The notes under the pieces: model-generated | What the model was told of the DNA's origin: nothing | The model's input: the letters and a program-made list of their open reading frames with translations, nothing else | Database searches by the model: none | In this document: positions 30,355 to 40,718 of the stretch, one piece after another | How positions within the stretch are numbered: position 1 is the stretch's first letter | Layout: each line of letters starts with the position of its first letter | DNA from: Candidatus Staskawiczbacteria bacterium | GTDB lineage: Bacteria; Patescibacteriota; Minisyncoccia; Minisyncoccales; Staskawiczbacteraceae | Length of the DNA: 52,776 nucleotides | Direction of reading: 5' to 3' | Assembly: GCA_943357015.1 (NCBI GenBank) | Contig: CALRFZ010000001.1 | Location: 1-52,776 of the forward strand | Made by a program: the position numbers and the translations under genes

Positions 30355-31734
30355 ATGGCTAATTATTTATTTTTTCTTAAGCCAATTAATAAGATTTTTA
30401 TCACTGCTTTTTGGTGGATTTTTTTGATGCTGGTAATTTTATTTGTCCCTTTTTTAAGAGTTTGGTGGTGGTTATTTTTTCCTCTAATTTTATCAATAGA
30501 ACTGCGAGTCTTGTATTTTTGGTGGATGAATTGGGATTACAAATACGCCAAAAAAAGGTGGGTAGTTTTAGAGGTTGTTCCGCCCAAGGAAGTACTAGTG
30601 CCACTAAAGGCTATGGAAGATGTTTTTACGGTAATGTGGGCGGCTAATTACACTCCCCCTAATTGGCGCGAAAAATGGTGTGAAGGAGAACTGGAAGATG
30701 CTTCAGGGTGGATGTCCTGGGAAATTGTTAGTATTGAGGGCCGATTACATTTTTATATTCGCGTTTTGGATGGCGCAAGATCTACGCTAGAAACTGTGCT
30801 TTATGGACATTATCCGGAATTAGAAATTTCGGAAGTTTCTGATTACACTAAAAATGTGCCTCAAAATATACCTAATGCCGAATGGGATGTTTATGGTGAA
30901 GATTTTGTTTTGGGTAAATCTGCGGTATATCCAATTAGAACTTACGAAAAATTCTTTGAACCGCAAGGAGAAAAAATTTCGGCGGAAGAAAAAAGACTTG
31001 ACCCTTTATCTTCTTTGCTAGAATTAATGTCAAGATTGGGTACTGGCGAACAATTTTGGTTGCAGTTTATTACAATGTCAACTGACGAGCCTCATTATCA
31101 AGAGGAAGCAAAAAAACTTATTGCTAAGTTATCTAATCGCTCAGTAAAATCGGTCAAGACTTTTTGGAGTTATGTTACTGATATGATATATAACCTGGTG
31201 ATGGGGCCGAAAAAAGAGGGTTCGGGCGAAAAAGCTACTTTTAAATGGCTTGATTCAGCCAAAACTGATGAAAGTTCAGATAGGGAGTTAGTGCTTTCTC
31301 CTGCCGAAAGAGAAACATTGACTGAAGTTGAAAATAAATTAAAACGTCCAATCTTAAGGACTAATATCCGCGGTGTTTATGTGGCCAAGCGCGAAAACTA
31401 TCAATCATCCAATCGCACTTTGACTCGCTCGTATTTTGCTCATTTTCAAACTCAAAATTTAAATCATATTAGGTTTTCCAAGGTTACTCGGCCCAAAACT
31501 CAATACGTTTTTAGAACTAGTATTCCTTTTATTAGAATTCGGCGTATGTTTCGTAATTACGTTAATAGATTTACACCTTTGTACCCAGATCGTAAAAAGG
31601 AAATGGCGCTTTTAAATACTGAAGAATTGGCAACATTGTATCATTTTCCATTAAAGATTACGGGTTTGGTGGCGCCTACTATGGCAAGAATTGAATCTAA
31701 AAAGGGTGGTCCACCACCAAATCTACCAATGTGA
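30355..31734 (+). CDS. Membrane-anchored hypothetical protein (partner of the downstream ATPase)
   Basis: 459 aa. It has two N-terminal TM segments and a W-rich region. I recognise no family. Confidence 0.7.
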   Translation: MANYLFFLKPINKIFITAFWWIFLMLVILFVPFLRVWWWLFFPLILSIELRVLYFWWMNWDYKYAKKRWVVLEVVPPKEVLVPLKAMEDVFTVMWAANYTPPNWREKWCEGELEDASGWMSWEIVSIEGRLHFYIRVLDGARSTLETVLYGHYPELEISEVSDYTKNVPQNIPNAEWDVYGEDFVLGKSAVYPIRTYEKFFEPQGEKISAEEKRLDPLSSLLELMSRLGTGEQFWLQFITMSTDEPHYQEEAKKLIAKLSNRSVKSVKTFWSYVTDMIYNLVMGPKKEGSGEKATFKWLDSAKTDESSDRELVLSPAERETLTEVENKLKRPILRTNIRGVYVAKRENYQSSNRTLTRSYFAHFQTQNLNHIRFSKVTRPKTQYVFRTSIPFIRIRRMFRNYVNRFTPLYPDRKKEMALLNTEELATLYHFPLKITGLVAPTMARIESKKGGPPPNLPM

Positions 31735-31765
31735 TTTTAGGTAGTGGTAAATTAAAATTTAAATT

Positions 31766-33640
31766 ATGGATAATCATAAGGTGACATTTTTTGGGTTAAC
31801 TTCTTTTAGAAATCAAAAGAAGAAATTTGGCATAAAACAAGATGATAGGCGTCGTCATTTTTATACTATTGGAAAAACCGGTATGGGTAAATCCAATTTA
31901 ATGGAAAATATGGCGATTCAAGATATTCAAAACGGCCATGGTATTGCCTATGTTGACCCGCACGGCGAGGGGGCAGAAAAATTACTTGACTTTGTGCCCC
32001 AGGAAAGAATTAACGATGTGATTTTTTTAAATCCCGCTGACTTGGATTTTCCGATTGCTTTTAATGTAATGGAAAAAGTTGATTTTAAATATCGACATTT
32101 AGTGGCCGGTGGTTTAATGGGTGTATTTAAGAAAGTTTGGCCTGATGTTTGGTCTGCTCGTATGGAATATATTTTAAATAATGTGATTTTGGCATTATTA
32201 GAATACCCAGATTCTACGCTACTTGGGGTAAATAGAATGTTGGCTGATCCAGAATATCGAAAATTAGTAGTGGCAGAAGTTAAGGATCCAATTGTTAAAG
32301 CCTTTTGGGTTACTGAATATGCTCGCTACACTCAGCGCTATGAAATAGAAGCTACCGCTGCCATTCAAAATAAAGTTGGGCAGTTTATGTCTAATGCCTT
32401 AATTCGTAATATTATTGGTCAGACAAAGTCTACAATTAATATGCGCAAAATTATGGATGAAGGCAAGATTTTGATTTTAGATTTATCAAAAGGCCGGATT
32501 GGCGAAGATAATTCTCGGCTTTTAGGAGCGTTGCTAATTACTAAAATTCAATTGGCGGCAATGTCGCGCGTAGATATTCCAGAAGACGAAAGAAATGATT
32601 TTTATTTATATGTGGATGAATTTCAAAATTTTGCCACCGAATCTTTTGCGAATATTTTATCTGAAGCTAGAAAATATCGCCTAAATTTAATTGTGGGACA
32701 TCAATATATTACTCAAATGGATGAAATTGTCCGAGATGCGGTATTTGGAAACGTGGGAACATTGGCAGTTTTTCGAGTTGGAGCTGAAGACGCGGAATTT
32801 TTAGAAAAAGAATTTTCGCCAGAATTTACCGCTGAAGACTTGGTTAATTTAAGTAAATATAATATTTACTTAAAGCTCATGATTGACGGCGTAGCATCTC
32901 ATCCGTTTTCCGCGGGCACCTTGCCTCCGCCCACACCTTTGGCGGTATCGAATCGTGATAAAATTATTCAGGCTTCCCGTGATTGTTATGGAGTCAAAAG
33001 AGAGATTGTGGAAGAAAATATAGTTTCTTGGCTGGGAGATCAAAAAGCTCCGTTAATTTTGGGTGATAAGGATAAAAGTGGTTTTTCTCGTTCGCAAAGT
33101 TCTGGTGAACAGCCGGTATTATACGATGCAATATGTTCAATGTGTGGTAAATCCACTAAAACTATTTTTGAGCCTCAAAAAGGCCGACCAGTTTATTGCA
33201 AATCTTGTTTGAAAAAAATTAAGGGAGAATCACCGCAAAATCAGGCAAGCAAGGTTAATTCCATATCAGTATTGACTGAAAAACCAGTTGAAAACTCAGG
33301 GGTATTGGCATCAAAAATTTTTGTATCACCCGCTAAACCAGTAGCGTTAGAACAGAAGATTGAAGAAGTGTCTTTTAATAATATGCAAAAAGCTAAGCCT
33401 GAGTCGTTGGTGGTGAAGTTTTCTCAGGATAAAACAAAAAGAAAAGAAATTAATTTAGTTGATCTTAAAAAAACCTTAGACGAATCGTTGCGTAAAAATG
33501 AGCAGTTGAAAAAAGAGTTAGTAAAAACAGTGGTTGCGATTATGCCAGTAGAAAGTAGTAAATCTGAGGATAATAATATTTTAAAAAAAGACGTAATTAA
33601 TCTGGAAGAAAAAACCGATACATCTAATGAAAACAATTAA
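31766..33640 (+). CDS. VirD4/TraG/TraD-like (FtsK-HerA superfamily) P-loop ATPase with C-terminal CxxC zinc ribbon
   Basis: Walker A IGKTGMGKSNLM, Walker B-like FYLYVDEFQNF, and a C-terminal CSMCGKSTKTIFEPQKGRPVYCKSC (CxxC-x17-CxxC). Confidence 0.7.
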   Translation: MDNHKVTFFGLTSFRNQKKKFGIKQDDRRRHFYTIGKTGMGKSNLMENMAIQDIQNGHGIAYVDPHGEGAEKLLDFVPQERINDVIFLNPADLDFPIAFNVMEKVDFKYRHLVAGGLMGVFKKVWPDVWSARMEYILNNVILALLEYPDSTLLGVNRMLADPEYRKLVVAEVKDPIVKAFWVTEYARYTQRYEIEATAAIQNKVGQFMSNALIRNIIGQTKSTINMRKIMDEGKILILDLSKGRIGEDNSRLLGALLITKIQLAAMSRVDIPEDERNDFYLYVDEFQNFATESFANILSEARKYRLNLIVGHQYITQMDEIVRDAVFGNVGTLAVFRVGAEDAEFLEKEFSPEFTAEDLVNLSKYNIYLKLMIDGVASHPFSAGTLPPPTPLAVSNRDKIIQASRDCYGVKREIVEENIVSWLGDQKAPLILGDKDKSGFSRSQSSGEQPVLYDAICSMCGKSTKTIFEPQKGRPVYCKSCLKKIKGESPQNQASKVNSISVLTEKPVENSGVLASKIFVSPAKPVALEQKIEEVSFNNMQKAKPESLVVKFSQDKTKRKEINLVDLKKTLDESLRKNEQLKKELVKTVVAIMPVESSKSEDNNILKKDVINLEEKTDTSNENN

Positions 33641-34691
33641 AGATTTTAATATCACAGGTAAAAGAGTTTTAATTAGGTGCGATTTTAATGTGCCTACTGA
33701 TGATTATGGAAATATTCTAGATGATTTTAGAATTCAAAAAACCTTGCCAACTTTGCAATACGCCATATCTCAGAAAGCAAAGATTATTTTAATGACTCAT
33801 TTGGGCAATCCCGATGGTGTAGTGGTTAATAATTTAAAACTAAATCAAATTAGAGACAGGGTAGAGAAGCTTTTGGGCGTAACAATTATGAAGGCGTTTG
33901 ATTGTATTGGTAGGGATGTGCAAAATCAAGCGTCAAGATTAAAAAAGGGAGAAATTTTATTGCTAGAAAATTTGCGATTTTATAAGGGAGAAAAATCTGG
34001 CGATGTAAAATTTGCTCAGCAACTTGCTAAATTGGGCGACATATATGTTAACGACGCATTTGGTGATTGCCATCGGCAAGATGCTTCTATTGCGCAAATG
34101 CCTCAACTCTTACCCAGTGGCGCTGGATTGTTGTTACAAAGCGAGTTAGAAAATTTAGATAAGGTTTTGAAAAATCCAACACATCCTTTAGTGGTTTTAG
34201 TGGGCGGAATTAAGGTGGAAACTAAGGTTAAATTTATAGAAAATATTTCTAAGATTGCAGATAGTGTTTTGATTGGCGGTTTAATAAAGAAAGAAATTAT
34301 TGGTCAGAAGATTAAATTTACTAATCCAGAAAAAATAATTGGACCGCAAAGTAATTTGGATGCATTAGACATTGGAGAAAAAACGATTAATATGTTTGAG
34401 GAAAAAATAATTGGCGCCAAGACTATTTTGTGGAATGGTCCGTTTGGAGAGTTTGAAAATAAAAAGTATAAAAAGGGAACATTAGAAATTGTAAAATCTA
34501 TGGTGGAAAGTGGAGCATATTTGGTAGCGGGTGGCGGTCAAACCATTGCATTTTTACGCCAAGAAGGTATGCTTGATAAGTTCAATCATGTTTCTACGGG
34601 AGGCGGAGCAATGTTAAGTTATTTGGCTGGAGATATTTTGCCTGGCATAAAGGCGTTAAATTATAATGAAAGTAAAAATAAAAAATCTTAG
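33627..34691 (+). CDS. pgk: Phosphoglycerate kinase
   Basis: RVLIRCDFNVP, LENLRFYKGE, the NDAFG..HR motif, and GGGAMLSYLAG at the C-terminus. Confidence 0.92.
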   Translation: MKTIKDFNITGKRVLIRCDFNVPTDDYGNILDDFRIQKTLPTLQYAISQKAKIILMTHLGNPDGVVVNNLKLNQIRDRVEKLLGVTIMKAFDCIGRDVQNQASRLKKGEILLLENLRFYKGEKSGDVKFAQQLAKLGDIYVNDAFGDCHRQDASIAQMPQLLPSGAGLLLQSELENLDKVLKNPTHPLVVLVGGIKVETKVKFIENISKIADSVLIGGLIKKEIIGQKIKFTNPEKIIGPQSNLDALDIGEKTINMFEEKIIGAKTILWNGPFGEFENKKYKKGTLEIVKSMVESGAYLVAGGGQTIAFLRQEGMLDKFNHVSTGGGAMLSYLAGDILPGIKALNYNESKNKKS

Positions 34692-35820
34692 AGAGGCGTC
34701 TGATAGGATAAAAAAAGCGGTAAAAGATAATGAGAGAATTATTATCTACGCTGATTCGGATTGTGACGGAATTACTTCAGCGGTTATTCTTGAGGAAACT
34801 ATTAAAAATATCGGCGGGAAGGTGGATTTAGTTTTATTTCCTAATCGCGAGGATGATGGTTATGGTGTAAATAAACGCGCGTTGGAGTTTTTGCGGGACA
34901 AATCTCCGGCGCTTTTTATTACCTTAGATTTGGGTATTAGTAATGTGCGGGAGGTTGAATTGTTAAATAGTTATGGTTTTTCTGTAATCATTATTGATCA
35001 TCACCAAATTTTAGACAGAATTCCTGATGCAGAAATTGTAGTTGATCCTCAGCAAAAATATGATGAGTCAGAATATAAATATTTAGCTAATGTGGGCGTG
35101 ACTTTTAAATTAGTAGAAGAGATATTGGTTGGTGATTTTTCGGTAAATTTAAGAAATAGTTTTTTGGAATTAACAGCTTTGGCGACTATTTCTGATATGG
35201 TCCCGCAAATTGGCGATAATAAGATTTTTATTGAAGACGGTTTGCGGTCACTAAAAAATACCTTTCGCCCGGGACTGCGTGCTTTTTTGGATATTTTGGG
35301 TGAAGGCGAGGTTTTATCAGGAGGATTTTACAAAATAATTTCTTCTTTAAATGCGGCCGAATCTAAGGACTTTAAAAATGAGTCATATAATTTACTTGTA
35401 AGTTTTAGGCAAAATGATGCTATGGATTTGGCGCAAAATTTAATTGCTAAAACCAATTACAAACAAATAAAAATTAAAGAAATCAGTGAAGAAGTTGAGC
35501 GTCGTTTGTCGCAAAAAAAAACCGAAGCGATTATTTTTGAGGGGGACCCAGCGTGGCGGTCAATATTGGCGGGTCCTGTGGCATCTATTTTATTTAGCAG
35601 ATATAGTAAGCCGACATTTATTTTTAAAAAAGGTGACACAGAGTCTTCTGGTTCAGTGCGTAGTTCTGAGGATAAAAATTCTGTGGAAGCTATGAAAACT
35701 TGTAGTGAATTTCTAATTACCTATGGTGGACATCCGCAGGCTTCAGGGTTTAGGGTAAAAAATGAGGATTTGAATAAATTTAGAGAAAAACTTAATGATT
35801 ATTTTAACAATTTAATTTAA
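34666..35820 (+). CDS. DHH-family phosphoesterase, RecJ-like
   Basis: IIYADSDCDGITSAVIL (DxD motif), IIIDHH (DHH motif) and GGHPQASG (DHHA1 motif). Confidence 0.75.
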   Translation: MKVKIKNLREASDRIKKAVKDNERIIIYADSDCDGITSAVILEETIKNIGGKVDLVLFPNREDDGYGVNKRALEFLRDKSPALFITLDLGISNVREVELLNSYGFSVIIIDHHQILDRIPDAEIVVDPQQKYDESEYKYLANVGVTFKLVEEILVGDFSVNLRNSFLELTALATISDMVPQIGDNKIFIEDGLRSLKNTFRPGLRAFLDILGEGEVLSGGFYKIISSLNAAESKDFKNESYNLLVSFRQNDAMDLAQNLIAKTNYKQIKIKEISEEVERRLSQKKTEAIIFEGDPAWRSILAGPVASILFSRYSKPTFIFKKGDTESSGSVRSSEDKNSVEAMKTCSEFLITYGGHPQASGFRVKNEDLNKFREKLNDYFNNLI

Positions 35821-36263
35821 TGAAAAAAATTATTATTTATACTGATGGTGGGTCACGAGGTAATCCCGGCAAGGCGGCCATTGGTATAGTTTTTTGTGAT
35901 GAGCAGGGAATGGTGATTAAAAAATTTGGAGAATATTTGGGAGATAATTTAACCAATAATGATGCGGAATATGCGGCGGTAATTTTTGCTCTCAAGAAAT
36001 TTAAGTCTGTTTTTGGTAAAGAAGAAGCTAAATTAAGCGAGGTAGAAGTGCGTAGTGATTCGGAATTATTAGTTAATCAAATGAGCGGAAAATATAAGGT
36101 GGAGAATGAAAAAATCCAGAAATTTTTTATGGAAATTTGGAATTTGAAGGTTGAATTTGCAGATGTTAAATTTATTGCTATCCCACGCGAAGAAAACAAA
36201 GAAGCCGATAAGTTGGTTAACGAAGTTTTGGATGCTAAAATGTCTAATCAAAAGTTGTTTTAA
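35820..36263 (+). CDS. rnhA: Ribonuclease HI
   Basis: IYTDGGSRGNPGKAAIG, NNDAEYAAVIFAL, SDSELLVNQM, NKEADKLVN. Confidence 0.88.
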   Translation: MKKIIIYTDGGSRGNPGKAAIGIVFCDEQGMVIKKFGEYLGDNLTNNDAEYAAVIFALKKFKSVFGKEEAKLSEVEVRSDSELLVNQMSGKYKVENEKIQKFFMEIWNLKVEFADVKFIAIPREENKEADKLVNEVLDAKMSNQKLF

Positions 36264-36280
36264 TTGAAATTATTAAACAT

Positions 36281-36309
36281 TTGACAATAATTTTGTAATC
36301 TGATATTAT
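36281..36309 (+). promoter_or_regulatory. Sigma-70-type promoter for RNase P RNA
   Basis: TTGACA (36281-36286), a 17-nt spacer, then TATTAT (36304-36309). This places the transcription start about 7 nt downstream, where the P1 stem of rnpB begins. Confidence 0.55.
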
Positions 36310-36316
36310 AAATCTG

Positions 36317-36660
36317 TCCTAGCAAGATGAATGATTGCCCTGCTAATCCTTTATTTTTAAATGGTTGGCGGGGAGGAAAGTCCGAACACCAACTCTGTAA
36401 AAAGAGTTAAAATAATAGTGGCTAACGGCCATCCATCGTAAGATGCGAGGTGCGAACAGTAACGCCAAAACCGAAAGGTTACGGTACCCGTCAGGGTAAG
36501 TTTGGTAGAAATACCAGAATGAAACGGCTAAATCCTTATTGGGTGCAAGAACAAAGCTGAAATTATTTCAGTTAAAAGTAGTTCGCCAGAGGCAAGTAGT
36601 AATGTTTGCCCCAGATAGATAATCATATAATACAGAATTCGGCTTATAGTCTTGCTAGGA
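36317..36660 (+). ncRNA. rnpB: RNase P RNA (bacterial type)
   Basis: GGAGGAAAGTCCGAAC (P4 5' strand) and ACAGAATTCGGCTTATAG (P4 3' strand). The terminal P1 pairing is tcctagcaag (36317-36326) with cttgctagga (36651-36660). No ORF. Confidence 0.85.
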
Positions 36661-36670
36661 TACCAAAAAA

Positions 36671-36693
36671 CTCGATTTAATGTCGAGATTTTT
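36671..36693 (+). terminator. Intrinsic terminator after rnpB
   Basis: ctcga (36671-36675) pairs with tcgag (36683-36687), then ATTTTT. Confidence 0.6.
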
Positions 36694-36783
36694 GTTTCTT
36701 GAAAGCTGTGTCAAAAAAGATTAGAATACGTTAAGCTTGTTGCATAATAAGTCTCGTAGTAAATGAGGTAATTAGTTTATTAG

Positions 36784-38421
36784 ATGAAATTTCTTAATAT
36801 TCAAACAAAGAGCGTTAGTTTTGCCTCTCTGATTTTAGCGGGGTCTTATTTGTTTTCAGCAGTATTGGGTTTGTTGCGCGACCGCCTTTTGGCTGGACGA
36901 CTTGGTACGGCCAAATTAGATGTTTATTATTCTGCTTTTACCATTCCAGATTTTGTCGCACTTTTATTGATTTTTGGAGCAATTTCTGCGGCCATTGTGC
37001 CGATTTTTAGTACTTATTTGGTTGAATCTAAGGAAGAGGCGTTTGAATATTTGGTTAATTTATTAAATATTTTTTTATCTTTTTTGATTGTAGTTTGTAT
37101 TATTTTTATTATCTTTGCGCCATTTTTGGTTAGTCTGATTGCCCCTGGGTTTTCATTAGAAAAAAAAGAAGCAACAACAGCCTTGATGCGCATTATGTTT
37201 TTAAGTCCGATTATTTTAGGTGTTAGCACTATTATTACGGGTATTTTGCAGGTGTTTCATAGGTTTTTGGTCACAGCTTTGGCGCCAATTATGTATAATT
37301 TGGGAATTATTATTGGGATTTTATTTTTTGTTCCATTTTTTGGTTTAAACGGCTTGGCGCTGGGAGTGGTTTTTGGTGGGTTTTTGCATTTGTTAATTCA
37401 AATTCCGGCCTTTTTTCATTCTGGTTTTACGTATAAATTGAATTTTAACTTCCGTCATTTTGGAGTGATTAAAACTCTAAAGCTTATGGTGCCAAGATCT
37501 TTGGGATTGGGCGCTGGCCAATTTAATATTATTGTTATTACCGCTATAGCCTCAACACTTATGGCAGGTAGCATATCAATATTTAATTTGGCCAATAACT
37601 TGTCAGCTATGATGGTAAATGCTATTGCAGCCTCGCTTTCTTCTGCTATATTTGTGCCGATGTCTCGTGCTTTTGCAGTTAAAGACATTAAAGATTTTGA
37701 ATATAAATTTCAGATTGCATTTTTACAAATAATATTTTTGACAATTCCAATTAGTATTTTGCTTTTCTTTTTACGCGCCCAAATCATTCGGGTATTATTG
37801 GGTACGGGTAAATTTGGTTGGCAGGATACTCGTTTAACCGCCGCTTGCCTTGGTATTTTTGCAATTGGATTATTTGGACAGGGCTTAATATTTTTATTAT
37901 CAAAAACATTTTATGCTGCCCATAACACTAAAATTCCAGCTTGGATTAGTTTTGGTACGGTGGTATTTAATATTGCTAGTAGTTTATTGTTTATTTGGAT
38001 TTTAAATTTTTCGAATAGTTTTTCTGATTTTTTACATTGGATTTTAAAATTGCAGGACATTGAGAATATCAGGGTTGTGGGGCTAGCTTTGGCTTTTACT
38101 ATAACCGCCATTTGTGAAGCTTTAATTTTATTATTTTTTGTTCATCGCAAATTAAAGGTGTTTAAAATTAGTAAAGTAGCGTCATCTCTTTATAAAATCA
38201 TAATTTCTGGTAGTGTAATGATATTAGTTATATTGCTGATTAGGGATGGTTTGGTAATTTATAATGTTGTTAATCTGCAAACTACTTTTGGGGTTTTTGT
38301 TCAATTGTTTTTGGCGAGTGTTTTTGGATTAATTGCTTATATTGGTGTTTCGTTTTTAGTGAAATCTTCTGAAATAAAAATTATCAGAGAATCTTTTTTT
38401 AAAAAGTTTGTAAAAATATAG
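36784..38421 (+). CDS. murJ: Lipid II flippase MurJ/MviN
   Basis: 545-aa polytopic protein. The N-terminus LLGLLRDRLLAGRLGT...DVYYSAFTIPDF is typical of MurJ. Confidence 0.88.
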   Translation: MKFLNIQTKSVSFASLILAGSYLFSAVLGLLRDRLLAGRLGTAKLDVYYSAFTIPDFVALLLIFGAISAAIVPIFSTYLVESKEEAFEYLVNLLNIFLSFLIVVCIIFIIFAPFLVSLIAPGFSLEKKEATTALMRIMFLSPIILGVSTIITGILQVFHRFLVTALAPIMYNLGIIIGILFFVPFFGLNGLALGVVFGGFLHLLIQIPAFFHSGFTYKLNFNFRHFGVIKTLKLMVPRSLGLGAGQFNIIVITAIASTLMAGSISIFNLANNLSAMMVNAIAASLSSAIFVPMSRAFAVKDIKDFEYKFQIAFLQIIFLTIPISILLFFLRAQIIRVLLGTGKFGWQDTRLTAACLGIFAIGLFGQGLIFLLSKTFYAAHNTKIPAWISFGTVVFNIASSLLFIWILNFSNSFSDFLHWILKLQDIENIRVVGLALAFTITAICEALILLFFVHRKLKVFKISKVASSLYKIIISGSVMILVILLIRDGLVIYNVVNLQTTFGVFVQLFLASVFGLIAYIGVSFLVKSSEIKIIRESFFKKFVKI

Positions 38422-38434
38422 TCTAGGTTTTTTT

Positions 38435-40246
38435 ATGAGTCAAAATCATATCAGAAATTTTTGTATTATCGCTCACATTGATCATGGTAAATCCACTTTA
38501 GCGGACAGGCTTTTAGATATGACTAAAACCATCGCGACTAATAAAATCACCGCTCAGTTTTTAGATTCAATGGATTTAGAAAAGGAAAAGGGGATTACAA
38601 TTAAATTAAAACCTGTGCGAATGCATTATAATTGTGATGGCAAGGAGTATATTTTAAATTTGGTAGATACCCCCGGTCATGTTGATTTTTCTTATGAAGT
38701 TTCTCGGTCTTTGGCAGCGGTAGAAGGAGCGGTGCTGTTGGTGGATGCGACTCAAGGTATTCAGGCGCAAACTTTAGCTAACATTGACTTGGCCAAAAAG
38801 CAAAATTTGGTAATTATTCCAGTGGTTAATAAAATTGATATGCCAGCGGCCAGAATTGAAGAATCTTGTCAGGAGCTAGCCAATGTTTTGGGAATTTCGC
38901 CAGAAGATGTGATAAAAATTTCAGCGAAAAGCGGTTTAAATGTTGAGCAAGTGTTACGGGCTGTGGTAGAAAAAGTTCCAAGTCCTGAAGTGCGAAATCC
39001 TAGCGCAGAACAAAAGCCTTTCCGTGCGCTAATTTTTGATTCAACTTATGATTCATTTAAGGGGGTCTTGGCCTTGGTTAGGGTTATTGATGGCTCAATT
39101 AAGGATCGCGAAAAAATTGAATTACTGGCAACTAAAACTCAAGCAGAAATTAAGGAGCTTGGATATTTGGCGCCGGTAATTACGCCACGAGCTGAAATTT
39201 TTACTGGCGAAATTGGTTATATTGCTACTGGAATAAAAGAGCCCGGTAAAGTTCGGGTAGGAGACACAATTGCTAAAATTCAACCACCAAACGCGCCAAA
39301 AATTATACCACTTGGCGGATACCAAGAACCTAATCCGATGGTGTTTGCCAGTTTTTATCCGGAAAATCCCGAGGATTTTGAATTACTTAAAGTAGCTTTA
39401 TCAAAATTAAAATTGCAAGACCCAGCTTTAGTTTATGAGGCTGAAATGAAGGAAGCTTTGGGTCGCGGTTTTAGGTGTGGATTTTTAGGAACTTTGCATG
39501 TGGAAATTATTTCCGAAAGATTAGAAAGGGAATTTAATTTGGGTCTGGTAATTTCTACGCCGTCAGTAATTTATAAATTATTTAATAAGCGTGGCGAGGA
39601 GCAAGTCATTTATTCAGCTTCAGATTGGCCTGATCCAAGTGGTATTGAAAGAATGGAAGAGCCTTGGGTTTTGTTGGAAATCATTGCTCCGGCTAGTTAT
39701 TTAGGGAAATTAATGGATGTGCTAAAAAGCGTGGGCGGAAATTATTTGGAAACCAATTATTTATCTGCCGAGCGCGCTATTATTAAATACGAAGCCCCGT
39801 TGCGCGCCATTGTGGCAAACTTGTATGACAAAATAAAAAGTACTAGTCAGGGCTATGCATCTTTAAATTATGCGGTTTTGGGTTATCGTCCAGCGGTTTT
39901 GGTTAAAATGGAAATTTGGATTGCAGGTCGCGCGGAAGAAGCTTTTAGTAGAATTGTAGAAGAACACGACGCTCAAGAGCAGGGCAAAAAATTAGTAGAA
40001 AAATTAAAAGAAGCTTTGCCTCAGCAACAATTTACTGTAGCATTGCAGGCGGTAATTGGCGGTAAAGTGATTGCGCGAGAAACCATTAGTGCTCATCGCA
40101 AAGATGTGACCGGATATTTATATGGCGGAGATAAATCGCGTAAGAAAAAGTTGTTAGAAAAACAAAAAAAGGGTAAAGCCTTAATGAAGGATAAGGGTAA
40201 GGTGAATGTGCCAAGTAAAACTTTCTTGGAAATATTTAGGTCATAG
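38435..40246 (+). CDS. lepA: Translation elongation factor 4 (LepA)
   Basis: IRNFCIIAHIDHGKSTLADR, LVDTPGHVDF, NKID, and a LepA-specific C-terminal domain. Confidence 0.96.
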   Translation: MSQNHIRNFCIIAHIDHGKSTLADRLLDMTKTIATNKITAQFLDSMDLEKEKGITIKLKPVRMHYNCDGKEYILNLVDTPGHVDFSYEVSRSLAAVEGAVLLVDATQGIQAQTLANIDLAKKQNLVIIPVVNKIDMPAARIEESCQELANVLGISPEDVIKISAKSGLNVEQVLRAVVEKVPSPEVRNPSAEQKPFRALIFDSTYDSFKGVLALVRVIDGSIKDREKIELLATKTQAEIKELGYLAPVITPRAEIFTGEIGYIATGIKEPGKVRVGDTIAKIQPPNAPKIIPLGGYQEPNPMVFASFYPENPEDFELLKVALSKLKLQDPALVYEAEMKEALGRGFRCGFLGTLHVEIISERLEREFNLGLVISTPSVIYKLFNKRGEEQVIYSASDWPDPSGIERMEEPWVLLEIIAPASYLGKLMDVLKSVGGNYLETNYLSAERAIIKYEAPLRAIVANLYDKIKSTSQGYASLNYAVLGYRPAVLVKMEIWIAGRAEEAFSRIVEEHDAQEQGKKLVEKLKEALPQQQFTVALQAVIGGKVIARETISAHRKDVTGYLYGGDKSRKKKLLEKQKKGKALMKDKGKVNVPSKTFLEIFRS

Positions 40247-40254
40247 TTGATTTA

Positions 40255-40282
40255 AGAAATTCGCTCACTGGCGAATTTTTTG
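40255..40282 (+). terminator. Intrinsic terminator after lepA
   Basis: gaaattcgc / gcgaatttt hairpin with a T-run. Confidence 0.7.
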
Positions 40283-40295
40283 ATACAATTGGATT

Positions 40296-40700
40296 ATGAA
40301 AATGCAAAAATCAATTTCAAATAAAATTCATTCGGGTTCAAAAATGGTGCGTTATTTTTTCTTTGTGGCGGGAATTACAGCAACTATTGCTTATCGAATT
40401 ACGCCGTTTTTAAGTCCCATAGCAGTAAAGATTTCTTGGTATGTTGGAACGGTGGGTTTTATTTTGTATTTTACGCATCGATCGCACGTAGAGAATAAGC
40501 GGGCAAATTTAGTCAAAGAATATAATTTAATTGATGCGGTTGAAAGGGGTAGTTTGCAGGGAGACCAAAAAACTGCAATATCGTATTTAGTCAAAACTAG
40601 TTTAACTTCAAAGGCGCGGTATAATTCCGCGTTTATTGTGGTGGTTTCTATCTTAGCTCTTATTTTTAGTATATTAATTGATCTTGGTTTTCGGTTTTAA
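40296..40700 (+). CDS. Small membrane protein, hypothetical
   Basis: 134-aa ORF with 3 hydrophobic segments. I recognise no family. Confidence 0.55.
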   Translation: MKMQKSISNKIHSGSKMVRYFFFVAGITATIAYRITPFLSPIAVKISWYVGTVGFILYFTHRSHVENKRANLVKEYNLIDAVERGSLQGDQKTAISYLVKTSLTSKARYNSAFIVVVSILALIFSILIDLGFRF

Positions 40701-40718
40701 TGCTGGCAAGTTGGTTAA

